From Pristiophorus japonicus (Eukaryota): a stretch of DNA of 64,000 bases. Position 1 is the first letter of the stretch, and every line of letters begins with the position of its first letter. Shown in pieces: positions 39,517 to 52,085 of this stretch. The notes beneath the pieces are model-generated. The model was not told the DNA's origin. It saw nothing but the letters and a program-made list of their open reading frames with translations, and did no database searches. The stretch spans positions 37,758,001 through 37,822,000 of the forward strand of contig NC_091985.1 of assembly GCF_044704955.1 (NCBI RefSeq), given 5' to 3'. A program made the position numbers and the translations under genes.

Positions 39517-39890
39517 CTACAAATTAGAAAAGCATATTACACATCAATATGCCACAATACAGATGACAAGCACAGCATAATCCAAATGGGAGCACTGGGT
39601 GTCATTCAAATTATGAGTGACCAACAGGGAGCATACAATCAGAGATCATTGCAACAAGGGTCTGTTGTTTCATCGACTTGACCCTGATTTGTTAGAAGAC
39701 TTGAAGAATTATACTGGGGTATTAAGGAGCAATGGCCACCCACCCCCAATCTATCCTGCATTTGAGCTTCTGCACGCAAAGGATAGTGCAGACTTAACTA
39801 TCGAATAAACTATGTTCAGGATATTTATTATAAGCTGCAAACCAAAGAGCCCCACATGCTTTAACTTCATATACACACACTATTCATTAC

Positions 39891-40031
39891 CTTCTGGATA
39901 TATGGAAGCAATTTGGCTATTATGGTGTCTGTTATCTTTTCTGCAGCGTTTAATGCTGGCACAATGGTGGATGCATAAAAAGAAAACAGAACCCTCAATT
40001 GTGCTGTGTTGCCAGGATAATCTGCAAATGC
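39891..40031 (-). CDS. HEATR1: HEATR1 exon 6 (141 nt): AFADYPGNTAQLRVLFSFYASTIVPAL...IIAKLLPYIQK
   Basis: tttag acceptor, GTAATG donor. Confidence 0.95.
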
Positions 40032-40636
40032 CTAAAAAAAAGGTGAAATTGATAGTTAGAAGTACATCATATCAGAATTGTTATCTTTTTGATGTCCAAA
40101 TTTTCACCATATTCCTCCTGACGGTTGTGGTATGAGTCTACGAGTGTTTTTAACACTCCCATATTTTGGCAAGTCGCCATTCTTCGTGTGAGCCCAGACT
40201 GTGAATAGCCAGGCTATTCAACCATGCAGGACATATCACGCGAGCCATATCCTGTGCTCGCTGACCTAAATGTACATGCATTTTCCAGCACAGATAGCAA
40301 TCAGGAGTGGCAACTGTGGCTGCTTTTATACCTCCCTGGCCTTGGGACACAGAGACCAGCAGTAGCATCTTCACTACAGGTATCACCAAGTGAGATCAGC
40401 AGTGCAATTCAGGCATTGAACCATGGAGATTCCCAGTCTGCATGATTCAGTACCACACCTTGCAGTGCCTTTAGGGATCCTTTGTACCAGATCTACAATG
40501 GTAGTTTTACAATACGCTTTTAAACAAACTTAAATTTTAAGCATAGTATTTGTGAAAAACTGTTAAAGGAAAATTCAAATTACATTACTGGTGCAGCTAA
40601 AAGTTTTAAATCTGAATTTGTTTCGAATGTACAAAC

Positions 40637-40738
40637 CTTGACAGTCTTGGTTACCAGACTACAGATAAAATCCATAAAGTTCAGATCTTTGTAACAATGT
40701 GTGATTAATGTGCTTCTTGCCAATGGGACACCAGGTTT
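40637..40738 (-). CDS. HEATR1: HEATR1 exon 5 (102 nt): KPGVPLARSTLITHCYKDLNFMDFICSLVTKTVK
   Basis: acag acceptor, GTTTGT donor; TLITHCYKDL conserved. Confidence 0.95.
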
Positions 40739-40912
40739 CTGTACAGACAATGGAAAAATGCAACTTATTTGAATGGTAGTTTTCAATAACTGCAACTACG
40801 TCAACCAAGTCTACAATTACTGATTCAGTACAATTACTGTATCTCCTAGCGGGCCCCTTCTTTTCTCATTTAGATACCACCTTGTATCTCATCTCACACC
40901 ATACCTCTCTAA

Positions 40913-41360
40913 AGCCATGGGTCAGTGGGTAGCATTCGCCCGAGTTAGAAGGTTGTGGATTCAGGACCCGCTCCAGAGACTTAAGTGCAAAAATCTAGGC
41001 TGGCACTCCAGTGTAGTACTGAAGGAATGTTGCACTGTTGGAGGTGCAATGCTTCGGATGAGACGTTAAACCAACATCTGCTCTCTCTAGTGGACGTAAA
41101 AGATCCCATGGCATTATTTCGAAGAAGAGCAGGAGAGTTATCCCCGGTGTCCTAGCCAATATTATCCCTCAATCAACACTAAAACAGAGAATTTGGTCAG
41201 TATCACATTGCTGTTTGTAGGAGCTTGTTGTATGCAAATTGGCTGCTGCGTTTCCGACATTACAACAGTAACCACACTTCAAAAGTACTTCATTGGCTGT
41301 AAAGCAATTTGGGATGTCCTGGTGTTATGAAAGGCGCTATATAAATGCAAGTCTTTCTTT
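40913..41360 (+). mobile_element. Full-length Deu-domain SINE (SacSINE1-like)
   Basis: tRNA-like head with A/B-box remnants, central domain resembling AmnSINE1/DeuSINE as remembered, (cttt)n tail; several copies in the window. Confidence 0.82.
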
Positions 41361-41917
41361 TAAAAGAACAGCTCATGTTCCATCAGGTGCTATATGCCCC
41401 CAAGAATAATCAATTCTTTTTTCCCCCTTCCTGCATTATTTCCAACTAAATCAACTGACTCATAAATGTCACTTACACATCTTTCAGCACCAAGAGTGGC
41501 TGAGATTGAGGCTAAATGGTTACAGTGATCTCAAACCAGTAATTACAGCTAAGAGTTATTAATGGGGATGTAGGATTGAGGGGCTTTTCAGTAATAATTT
41601 CAATGCTGACCATTTATTGGATCATCAATACTAACAACGCACACGGGGAATTAATCACTGTCTCAATATGTCCCCATTAACCCATGCGAGCTACATTGAT
41701 AAAATATCTGACTCGAGGAGTCTGCCCTGAAAGCCGAAAGATGGTCAATTGCCATCAGCCACACTCTTGTAGAATTTACAAACTGGATAGTGGAAACTTT
41801 CAGCCAATTAAAAAGCAATTTTTACAGTCAAGAAAATTACAGACTGGTCCGAATGCATTCAGTGATTTTCACTACAAGTTAAATTCACTTCCAAGTTAAA
41901 TTTTGAACATTATCTAC

Positions 41918-42059
41918 CTGTATGGGCTCCAGCCAGTGCCAGGCATGAGTTGGGTCACTGAGTTTAAGAAGCTGAATGGCTCTCACAAACACTTTTGTCT
42001 CATGATAGGGAAGAATGCAGCCAATCAAACTGTCCTGATTATAGAGATGGATGTGGAAC
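41918..42059 (-). CDS. HEATR1: HEATR1 exon 4 (142 nt): FHIHLYNQDSLIGCILPYHETKVFVRAIQLLKL...WHWLEPIQ
   Basis: ccag acceptor, GTAGAT donor; FHIHLYNQDSLI conserved. Confidence 0.96.
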
Positions 42060-42401
42060 CTGGTGAGACAAGTACATACAAGTTAAAGCCCTGAAGATCA
42101 CATTGCTCTTATTATTCTTAAACAACAATATGGGTTATGATCACAACGTGTATTATTCAGCAAAATGTTTCATCTGCTTTGATAAAACTACTAATTCTTT
42201 GCTTACATTTGTTACTGCAGAATAAAAAATTGTGATTAGCTAGGTTTGATCGGTGAGAGCAAGGTATAGGTTGGTGAGAGGTCACTTTGATTAAGAACAT
42301 GGACACTCAAAGTTTTAAAAGGTTCAAATCTGTTCATCTCAGAAAAAAATCAATTGTTTTCTAAATTATAAATCATTGGTGCATCATGAGAGTCAAGTTA
42401 C

Positions 42402-42618
42402 CTGTGAATAAGCCATTCAAGGCATTTCTGGGCTGGCTTTAACATGAAGTATGGAGACAAACGTGTGAGAAAAACCAATATATTCATATTGAGCTGGGCA
42501 TTCACTTCTTTAGTTTGAACACTACGCTCCAGGCCTTTGGAAGCTTCACTGAAGAGTGTTGACTGAAATTCTTCAAAAGATGGATCAATTCCAATAAGTT
42601 CCTCTAGACCAGTACATC
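42402..42618 (-). CDS. HEATR1: HEATR1 exon 3 (217 nt): CTGLEELIGIDPSFEEF...LERSVQTK...LSPYFMLKPAQKCLEWLIHR
   Basis: atag acceptor, GTAACT donor; strongly conserved UTP10 N-terminal motif. Confidence 0.97.
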
Positions 42619-42876
42619 CTATGTAATTGTAGAAAAGAGTGTTAATAACAGAGCAATGTAAAGGAGGGTGTTATGCCATTAGGACCTCCTATTTTAAAAA
42701 AAGTATTACTAATTTTCGTAAAATCCATCACCCTTTCATGCGGTGTTCTCTCTCCTTTTAAATAAAATTGGTTTAAACAAACAAAGGATGGCAACTACAT
42801 AATTGAAGGAAGTAGACTCGGGGAATTACTAACCCCAATAGTATCAGGGAAATGAATTACTATCACTAGAGATATA

Positions 42877-45689
42877 GGGCCCAAGTTTCCCCAGGAGTTT
42901 GTTGCTCTGTTTTTTTTTGGAGCAACTAGATTTTTTTTTGGAGTAACTTAAAAATCGCGATTCTCCCCATTTAATTTGCTCCAGTGTAAGTGAGTTAGTT
43001 AGGTTTTTTTCCCCAAAAGGGGGCGTTACCAGCCACTTATGCCTGTTTTGGCCATTTAAGCAAGTTTAGCCAGCTAAAAGTTACTCCAAACTAACTTAGG
43101 CCAGTGTATGTGGACACTTGTATCCGCTCAGAAAAACCTTGTGATGAATTAAGAAATCAGCGCAGGTAGCCAGAGATTTGGGGGGGGGGGGGGGGTGTCG
43201 GAAGGAGGGAAGTGAGAGGATTTTGCAAAGCACTAAATACCTTCACAACAACATTAAAGAAGCATAAAAACCATCAATAATAAATTAAAAATAAATCAAT
43301 TATTAAAAAATATAAAGTCCCATCTCGCTGACTGCAGCACGCACCGCAAGCCCTTCGGTCAGGGCTAGGGGCGGGTGGCTCGCAACAAGCAGCAGGAAAG
43401 CCCCTCCAGGGCACGACACACGCAACGACAAGCCCTTCGATCAGGGCGAGGGGTGGAAGGCACGCATGACTAAAGGGGCAAGGGATGTTTATTTTTTGCA
43501 GTTGTTCCTAAATGTTGTGTGGTGCTAATGGAATATGATTCAGTTTTAATGTAATATATATTTTATTGAAAAGTTTACAATGTACTTCACTTTAGTGCAA
43601 TAAAATAATTCTTGTATCAAACATTACTTTAATATGACTCTTTATCATTTAAAAACTCAGATCACTTAAAGTTGTAAAGTTACAAAACTTACTAAACAAT
43701 TTCAATTTAAAACAGTTACAATTGTATCAACAACAACTGCAGCCAAGAAAGGCTGCACCCATCTCTCATCCACATCTCGGTGAATGTGCACTTCCTCATG
43801 GAGATGGTGGCTGGGGGGTGGCCAGCTTGGGTCACTACAGAGGCTGGTGCGGGGATTGCAGTGGGAGTGGCATTTGATTGGCTGTGTGCCTTTATTGCAG
43901 CAGCTACCTCACACAGGCCCTCCCTGATGGTTGGTGCCATCATTTGCATGCCCTCCTTGACGGCCTGTGTTGTCGTTTGCATTGCCTCTGACATTCCCGC
44001 CTTCAGTTCCTTTGTCATTGCTGCTATTTCTCCCGACAGTCCCGTTACCTCATCACCCACCCAACTGATGGTGTCTACGAGTGATCGGGTAAGGCCATTG
44101 GTTTCCACACCCAATGCCATAGCACATCTGTTGCACGCTGCATCTCAGGAGAGCCTGGTCGGATTCTCCTTCCCCTCGCCCTGGGTCTGCCTCGCAACAG
44201 CCCTCCAGTGCGAGGCGCAGGCTGAGATGGTGGGGAACTGGGTGTTCCAAGCTGCATTCCACCACCACCGCTGGGATCCGCAACCTCGGAACCTGTGAAA
44301 CCATGGAATGTCGGACCAGAATTCATGAAGTGTCTGGCAAAGTGAGGTCCTGTATTATGGACTGATCTATATTAAGATCAACAATCTTCCCTCCTCCCTC
44401 CCCACCCCCGGCCTTGGTCTGGATCGTACGCATCTGAATCTTCTTCTGGATCTTCAGGATTAGCATCATGTTCTGCAAAATATAACAGAACAGTCAAATG
44501 GTTAGCAGCACAGGAGGGAGCAGGATGGGTGGCATGAGTAGGCTCACGCGTAGCAGGCCAGGCAGCAGGTTGATTTGAAGGGCCATGATGTATTTTCAGG
44601 GCTTACCCTCTCCCTCACGTGTGGGCCCAGCTTGTGCAGTACTGATTGTTTTTCTCCAGGTACGACTCATCAAAGCAGCGACCCTCCGTTCCAAGGTTGT
44701 CAGTTGGTGCAGATTTGGCATGCCTCCTTCTGTTCAAGTTCTTTCCCTTTTGTTGTGGGCCAATTTCTTCTGCAAAGTTGAAAATGTAACTTTTTAGAGA
44801 GGGTGTCATTCTGTTGGGTGGGACATATACAGATGGTCACATTTACAATTGCAATTCCATTGAAAAATGAAAATATTACTTACACTAACTACTTGACCAA
44901 GGTCCTGCGATTTCATTTTACACTGGCTTCCAGATCTCTTGGTATTCACCACTGCACAGTAATCTTCTGCAACTAAGTTCCAGCATTTCTTCATTTCTTT
45001 GGGTGTGACCTCGGTTGTTGCACCTCTGTTGTGTGACCTCTGTTGCTGGTATCCAGGTCCTGCCATCTGTTCTCAATGACATTAACTCGTATCGCCACTT
45101 TGTCATGCAAGAAATTCTTCGTTCTTGGTGCACACTGTTGCATTGCTGTATTGAATTGACACTCAGTGATTTTTCAAAACACAAAGTCCTTACTTTGCAT
45201 GCACCTATGCAGCACTCCTTCTGGAAGTTTAGCAGCAACACCGAGCATTCACTGATTCCAGCAGCTGATTTCTTCCACAATACTGCTAACAGCACTCCTT
45301 CAGGCACGAAAAATTAATGAGAAGTCTTTCCACTCCTTCAGGCACCCAAAAATCACTGAGCAGGCTTTACCTTTAAAAACGGTTGATTGCCAATGTGACT
45401 GACCCATTGCGCATGCGCGCACGTTCCAATGCGCATGTGCAATGTTGCCAGCACTCACAAACATGCTAGGCACGAGCTCTGCCCCCTGCCGGCTGTGTTG
45501 ATCCAGCACAGCCCTAGCTCCGCCCGCCACAGCTTGTGCTGCGCCACACCAAGGGTCTGCAAGGGTCCAGGAGCGGGGAGAGTAACGAGGTAAGTTTTCG
45601 GTGCGGTTTTTAATTCTACAAAGTCGGCACACCGTTTTAAGTTGCGGGGGGGGGGGGGGGGGCGGGCGGTGTGGGGGGAACTTGGGCCC
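42877..45689. mobile_element. PIF/Harbinger DNA transposon, internal-deletion derivative (2813 bp)
   Basis: 16-bp TIRs gggcccaagtttcccc / gggggaacttgggccc (1 mismatch); 3-bp TSD ATA at 42874-42876 and 45690-45692; Myb/SANT gene inside. Confidence 0.9.
43780..45143 (-). pseudogene. Harbinger Myb/SANT-like DNA-binding protein gene, 3 exons, disrupted
   Basis: Exons ~45143-44884, 44769-44607 and 44472 onward with GT-AG sites; KKCWNLVAED...RSGSQCKMKSQDL and TEGG..LTTLERRV motifs; in-frame TGA in exon 2 and a small duplication near 45003-45045. Confidence 0.78.
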
Positions 45690-46129
45690 ATAGTCATTAA
45701 CCCAGGATGCTTTAGCTTCTGTCACTTTAGCTCTCTTCCACACCACAAGCCTCAGAATCTCTACTTGCCGCTTTTCATCCCAGGAGATCATCAATAACCA
45801 GCATTTAAATAAAACCACAGGAGCAGGAGAATCGACACAAGTAGTTGGGGAAAGAACGACAATCAGTTAGCAGTTTAGTATTTAAAAATGGTATCGATAC
45901 TTGAACTACTTTTTTAAAAAGTTGTATATTTAAAGCTTGGACTACAAGCTAAGCAATTTTAGGGAAGGATTTGAGCTTTAATGCATCAGAAATGGATTAT
46001 CAGCAATCCAAAAGGTTATTCTGAAGGCCCAATCTAGATCACCCTCATACTGTAAACATAATTAATGAAAAGAACTCTTGTTCACGCCATAACATCTGCA
46101 TGCGTGCACACTCACTTAATAAACCTCTT

Positions 46130-47750
46130 CCAAAACCAATCCAACAGAAGAAATAATTGTCAAATTGCTATCAGTGACTGGATGATATAGAGAGAGTATT
46201 AGGAAGAAGGAGAAATTGAGAAAATGTCCGAGCAGTTTGAGTGGAACTGGGAAAAAAGCTGTGCTCCCAAAGAGGAAGGTGATCTGCTGCGGAATTTGGT
46301 TGTGGATATTGAGCAAAGGGTGGATGGGGTATTGCAGACCAGAGGAGTGGTAGTCCATGTGCAAATTAATGACACCGGAAAGAAGCAGTCAGAGCTCTCA
46401 ATTGTAAACTTGTATGTAAAGTGAGAGAGAAAGGCTGTGCCCTCTGGAAAATGACAGAAGGTAAAACTTTTCTCGGCCCCATGCCGGTGTTTGGGACTCA
46501 CACACAATGGCTGGCTTATTGGAAAGTCATAGGGACATTGCCCATGATTTTGTGATAAGCTGCCCACTGCGAGAGAGGCCCTGTCACAAACAGAAATATA
46601 TAAGCCAATGAATGGCTTGCCAGTTGGTACTGACCCAAGGTCTTGGGAGTTTTTGATAACTGAGATATTTTCAGGCCAATTGGATTGGTAGGTCAACATG
46701 GCGGGATTAACTGTCAGTATAGAGATTGGAACTGAGATTCATTAAAACTATATGTGGGAGGGGGGGGCAAAAACTAGGACTTTAAACAAGAGCTTGGATG
46801 GTGGGCAAGGAGAGGGGCAAGAATAACAAGGCAAGAAGGAAACCAAACAAGCACAAAGGGACATAGAAGGTGAAAATGAATTCAATACGTAGCAGTACTG
46901 ATTGTTCCAAAAAGATAGGAGAGACGTCCTAGGAGGAGTAATTTTATATACGTTCAGAAGAATCTGGAAATTAAGGAAGGTTACTTGATACTGCAGACAA
47001 AGAGAGTAAATAAAGTACAGTTATACCTCTCCAGTCCAGCACCCTTGGGACCTGACCAGAGCCGGAACAGAGAATTTTCCAAACCATGGGAGGTCTCGCT
47101 TACCGGTACTGGTGGACAGTGCCTGGCTTGTGTGTCTGTGTGAGTGCGTGCTGGCACACTGCGGTTCCCTCAGCACGCACGCACCGACCGACCGCCGCTC
47201 CAAGCCGATCGCTGAACACATTGATGGCAGCCATTGCAGCCGAAGAAAACTTTAAAAAAAATAAACCCGCCATTCCCTCAGGCCCAACTAATGCCGAACC
47301 ATGGATGTTTCCCCGGACTGGAGAGGTACAACCTGTAGTCTGGTTTCAGCTAACAAGCAGTTGGAGGACAGAATTAATAATTCAGATGCTCCACAGTACC
47401 CTTGGGCAGGATAAGGATGGTAACATACTGTACATGATGAAGCAAGAACAGTATGTAAATACAATAATGTAATAATGGGCAACTTCAATTTAGCCAATAT
47501 AAACTGGGAACTCTTTAATGGAAGTGATGCAACACAATCAGACATTCTGAACGAGGTGCAGGATTGCTTTTTAACCCAACATGTCATGGACCCAAGTAGA
47601 GGTAATTCATATCTAGATCTAGTTCTTCCAAGTGATCTGGACGGCATCCATGATAAGAGAAGTAGTGGAACCTTTAGTGAGCAATGATCACAATATTCTT
47701 AAGATTATCAGGCAATCAGCATCAGTAAGGACCAGAACATTTTTTGAATG
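46130..47750 (+). mobile_element. Old LINE remnant (5' region to APE endonuclease)
   Basis: IMGNFNLANINWE...FLTQHVMDPSRGNSYLDLVL (ORF 47475-47687); 5' boundary uncertain. Confidence 0.6.
47018..47335. mobile_element. Tc1/mariner-pogo (Tigger-like) MITE, 318 bp
   Basis: TIR cagttatacctctccagtcc / ggactggagaggtacaacctg; TA on both sides (47016-47017, 47336-47337). Confidence 0.85.
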
Positions 47751-48072
47751 ACAAAGCGATAAAAGGATAAATTAAAAATAATTAATTGCCGCACGATATC
47801 TCTGTTCAGGAAAAACATTTTAAAATTATGCTGTTGAGTATGCACGTGAATACTCCAAGTAAGCTAAACTCCAAAATGTGATTGAGTGGGACAACTAAAA
47901 TGGGAATAAAATACGATAAACTAGATATCCTAAGATATACAAAGTCTGCAAAAGACTCTGCAGTGGTGTTGTAGAAACCTGGCAGATGCAAGCACCTATC
48001 TGTGGCAGGCAGTAACAACTCACAGGGAAAAGTTGTTGAGGTATGGAAATGCAGAATGGATTCATCACTTAC

Positions 48073-48214
48073 CTATGGCAAAGAAAGTGTCTCTGTCGAT
48101 AGCAGCAGCTTCCTTACAATCAAACAACAACGACGCTGTTTCTCTGCGAGACAGGAGACTTGGATCATTCTGGGGGAGAGCCAAGCGTTTCAACTGATAG
48201 GCTAAAGAGGTCAT
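48073..48214 (-). CDS. HEATR1: HEATR1 exon 2 coding part (142 nt) with start codon: MTSLAYQLKRLALPQ...IDRDTFFAI
   Basis: ATG at 48214 in caaaATGa context; GTAAGT donor at 48071-48072; nearest upstream AG (48219-48220) follows a long pyrimidine tract. Confidence 0.97.
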
Positions 48215-48959
48215 TTTGCTTCCACCAAAAAAAAGAGAAAAAAGTAATGAATGCACAACATTTTCCAGGTCAGGCAACTTAACTTTTAATAAAACACATT
48301 TAAACGCTGGCAAGAACCTTGCTGAATAATGACATTTCAAATAACCCTTTTTTTAATTATAAATTGCACCATGTAGTGTAAAGTGACAGTTCTACTTTGA
48401 AGTACTTTCATCAGATTTAACTAGTTTTCTTGAAAAGATGTTTTGCTGCACAACACTTTTTCAGAAATTTATCATAAGTAGTTAATTGATGGTTCTGCAT
48501 GGGTTTGAAGAATCAGCAGAGACAAGTTATCCAGAACTAAATTGATAAACCATCCAGGGGAAAGCTAAAGTTACAGTATTATATGTTACAGACTCCCCTA
48601 CACTTTATTTTGTTTATTGTGCTCACATTTTTGTAAATATTTACAATTTTTGGTGAAATACAAAAATAAAATACATGCAAACATTTTTAAAGCCTATACA
48701 TTTTAACAAAAGCAAAATAGTGGAAACACACAGCAGGTCTGTCAGTATTTTAAAACAAATACCAGTCACTGTTTCAATGGGGCAGAATTTGCAGTCGGTA
48801 CGACAGCGTACTCTCAGACTATGACAGTATTATCCTCAACGCTGGTGCAGGAGCCTGTTTGCAAAGTGTAAGGGAACACCCGTCATGATAAAAAAGCATC
48901 AAATGAAGATTTTCTATGTAAATATATGTGAAAACACGATCTATTCGTGTTATATTAGT

Positions 48960-49620
48960 CATCATCATAGGCAGTTCCTCGGAATGAGGAAGACTTGCTT
49001 CCACTCTTAGCATGAGGATTTTGGCCTGGACGAGGACGCTAATGTTTGTGCGTCTGTCCTCCCAAGGGATTTGCAGGATCTTGCGGAGACATCGCTGGTG
49101 GTATTTCTCCAGCAACTTGAGGTGTCTACCATACAGGAGGGCGGGTATTACTACAGCCTTGCAGAGCATGAGCTTGGTGGTAGTTTTGAGGGACTGATCT
49201 TCACTCTTTTTCTCAGGCGGCCGAAGGTTGCACTGGCGCACTGGAGGCAGTGTTGGATCTCATCATCAATGCCTGCTCTTGTTGATAGATAGGAGGCTCC
49301 CGAGATAGGGGAAGTGGTCCACGTTGTCCAGGGCCACGCCATGGATCTTGATGTTTGGGGGGCAGTGCTGTGCGGCGAGGACAGGCTGGTGGAGGACCTT
49401 TGTCTTACTAATGTTTAGCGTAAGGCCGATTGCTTTCATACGCCTCGGTAAATACGTCGACTATGTCCTGGAGTTCAGCCCGTGTGTGTGCACAGACGCA
49501 GGCATCGTCTGCAGACTGTAGCTCGACGACAGAGGTTGGAGTGGTCTTGGACCTGGCCTGGAGACGGCGAAGGTTGAACAGCTTCCCACTGGCTCTGTCG
49601 TTTAGCTCCACTCCAGCGGG
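48960..49620 (-). mobile_element. RTE LINE fragment with internal deletions
   Basis: GKLFNLRRLQARSKT matches the RTE at 11590-11650; (tga)n tail; 13-bp TSD gtgtta(t/c)attagt at 48947-48959 and 49621-49633. Confidence 0.92.
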
Positions 49621-49799
49621 GTGTTACATTAGTACACCTATGGCAATCTGCAATGCATTCATTGCAGTCTGATTTGGGTTACTGTAACACCGAGCCTGCC
49701 TGAGGGATTAGCAAATCCCAAAACGTTCAGTTGAATATTATCCAAATGTACATCTCTGCTTGGACAGATAGATGTGGATGAAGGCAGCTATCAGGCCCA

Positions 49800-51200
49800 G
49801 CCTCCCTGACCAGTCCAGAAAAAACCTCCAGCCCTTCTATCTACTACAAAAAAACGCCACAAGTAATTGTGTAGCCAGTGTATTTGCTTTACTTGTTTCC
49901 TTCTCCGCCTCCATCCCTCGTCTGGATGGTCTCTGGGCCCTCTGCTTCTTTCTTGAATTGTGATTCAATTTTCCCCATCCACAATGTTCCCTAAAAGCTG
50001 CCTGTTCCCGGTGTGGCCTGTTTCCATTAATGCGCGGTTCCTTTAAATCTCTACGCATGCGCGTTATTTACAATAGAAAAGCCGGTGAGCGACTTGTGCG
50101 GGATTTTTCCCAGTACTGCGCGGCAGCGTAGCTTAGCATGAATATTGCCCATCCACCATCACTCTTCCACCCGGCTGAAATTGTTCTCCCATATAACAAC
50201 TTAAAAAAAACACTCACTTGCTTCTAGTAAAAGACATTTTTATAGATCCTAAACTTTTTGTAAGACATGTGGAATTTCCCTACCCCCACACAAATCCTAC
50301 TCAGGTCCTCCCTGACCACTTCTGTGATGACCTTGTTGGTAAAGATTCCAGCTTTTGCTCTGATCATGAAAATTAACTATGCTTTCAACTTCCATCCAAC
50401 CCTCATCTTCACTTGGCCCATTTCTGATTATAACCTTTCATTTGTAGACCTCTCCATCACCATCCCCGCCAATGCACTTTCCACGGGCATCAATTACAAA
50501 CCAACAGACTTCCGCAACTCCCTGGGGGTATGTATCTTGCCATCCCACTTCTAGTAAAGACTCTATTCCTTCTTCCCAGTTTCTCAGTTTGACATACATG
50601 TGCTGATAACTGCATTTTGGACACCAGATGTCCTTTTTTGAAACATAAGTAGTTGACAGGACCCTTGACCGTGTTTGCTCTGTTTCTCGGGCCTTATTCT
50701 TTCCCTTTGCCCTTATAACAGGCGACCCTTGTCCTCAACCCACTGGCCTCTATCGTATTCCACTATTTCCATCACCCACCAACCTACCTTTCCCTCTCCA
50801 GTTCTGGAAGGCCCATTCCCTCACAGCTACCCTTGTTCATTCTTCTACCACCCAGTTGTCCAGCTACTCCTCCTTGTTCATTTATGTCCTTTTCCACACC
50901 ATTGTCCAGAGCTCCAAACACTTATTCTATATATTTACTGGAACTGAGTATGCTGCACTCACTCTTACCATGTAGTCTCCTTGACATGGAAACTATATGC
51001 AGATTAGTGAACGCTTTGTCAAATATTTCCATTCTGTTTGCAAGTATAATCTGATGTCCTGGTGAAATGTCACTTCAACTCTCTCCCCAAATGTCTTTTG
51101 CCTCCTGCAAGTTTATTAACCATCGTATTTTTCTCCTTGACACTCTGCAGCATTTTGATCGAAAGTGACTAATTAACTTCAGATCAAAGCTATTTCCATT
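49800..51200 (+). mobile_element. Degenerate Penelope-like retroelement; its terminal repeat may resume at ~52086-52205 after an L2 insertion
   Basis: FHPTLIFTWPISDYNLSFVDLSITI...INYKPTD resembles the PLE RT C-terminal motif (F..T.....FLD......Y.KPT); boundaries approximate. Confidence 0.65.
49982..50147. mobile_element. hAT-superfamily MITE, 166 bp
   Basis: Perfect 8-bp TSD cccatcca (49974-49981, 50148-50155); TIR caatgttc / gaatattg. Confidence 0.85.
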
Positions 51201-51216
51201 TTCTTTACAGGTGTAT

Positions 51217-52085
51217 ACAACTTGCATTTATATAGCGCCTTTAACATGGTAAAAAAAAACATCCAAGGTGCTTCACAGGAAAGTTATCAAAATTTGGCAC
51301 CAAGCCACATAAAGGAGATATTACGACAGGTAACCAAAAGCTTGTTCAAAAAGCATGTTTTAAAGAACATCTTAAAGGAGAAGAGAGGGGTAGCGAAGAG
51401 GAGAGACTTAAGGAGGAAATTCCAGAGTCTAAGCCTGGGCACTGAAGGCACAGAATGATTAAAATTGAAGATGCGCATGAGGCCAGAGTGTTGGAGGAGG
51501 TTACAGACATAGGGAGGGGCGAGGCCATGGAGGGACTTGAAAACAAGGAGGAAAATTTTAAAATCGAGACGTTGCTGGTCTGGGAACCAATGCAGATCAG
51601 CAAGCATAGGGGAAATTTGTGAACGGGACTTGGTGCGAGTTCCGACGCGGGAAGTAGAGTTTTGGATAAGTTCAAGCTTATGTAGAGTAGAAGATGGGAG
51701 GCTGGCCAGGAGAGCATTAGAATAGTGAAGTCTAACAAAGGCATGGAGGAGGGTTTCAGTAGCAGATAAGTTGAGGCGGAGGCAGAGACAGGCAATGTTA
51801 TGGAGGTGGAAGTAGGCAGTCTTGATGATGGAAGTGGATGTGTGGTCGGAAGCACATCTCAGGGAAAGCTTGCGATCAGTCTGGTTCAACCTCAGATAGT
51901 GGCCAGGCAGAGAGATGGAGTCGGTGGCTAGGGTACGGAGTTTGTGGCAAGGTCCGAAGGCAATGGCTTCGATCCTACTAATATTTAAATTGGAGGGAAT
52001 TTCTGCTCATCCTGAACTGGATGTCGGGCAAGCAGCATGAAACATCAGAGACAAGAGCAGTGGGTTGCCAGCATACATGTGGAAC
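51217..52085 (-). mobile_element. L2-type LINE 3' part
   Basis: ORF 51287-51889: AYFHLHNIA...HAFV.RLHYSNALL...LHWFP.QQRLDFKI; same family as 2390-3357. Confidence 0.85.

Noticed and set aside
40913-40985. tRNA gene (similar heads at ~38200-38269 and ~53850-53913)
   Set aside because: A/B-box heads continue into SINE bodies; no complete cloverleaf is evident.
41559-41680. Inverted repeat ttaatggggat..ttgag / ctcaat..tccccattaa as a pre-miRNA or snoRNA
   Set aside because: Imperfect arms, long unpaired spacer and no C/D or H/ACA boxes; more likely a decayed MITE.
43780-44298. 172-aa plus-strand ORF as a novel gene
   Set aside because: It is the antisense frame of the Harbinger Myb gene's last exon.
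65-48072. Intronic snoRNAs or non-canonical (U12, GC-AG) introns in HEATR1
   Set aside because: All mapped introns are GT-AG and I saw no convincing box C/D pair with a terminal stem; a covariance search would be needed to exclude snoRNAs.
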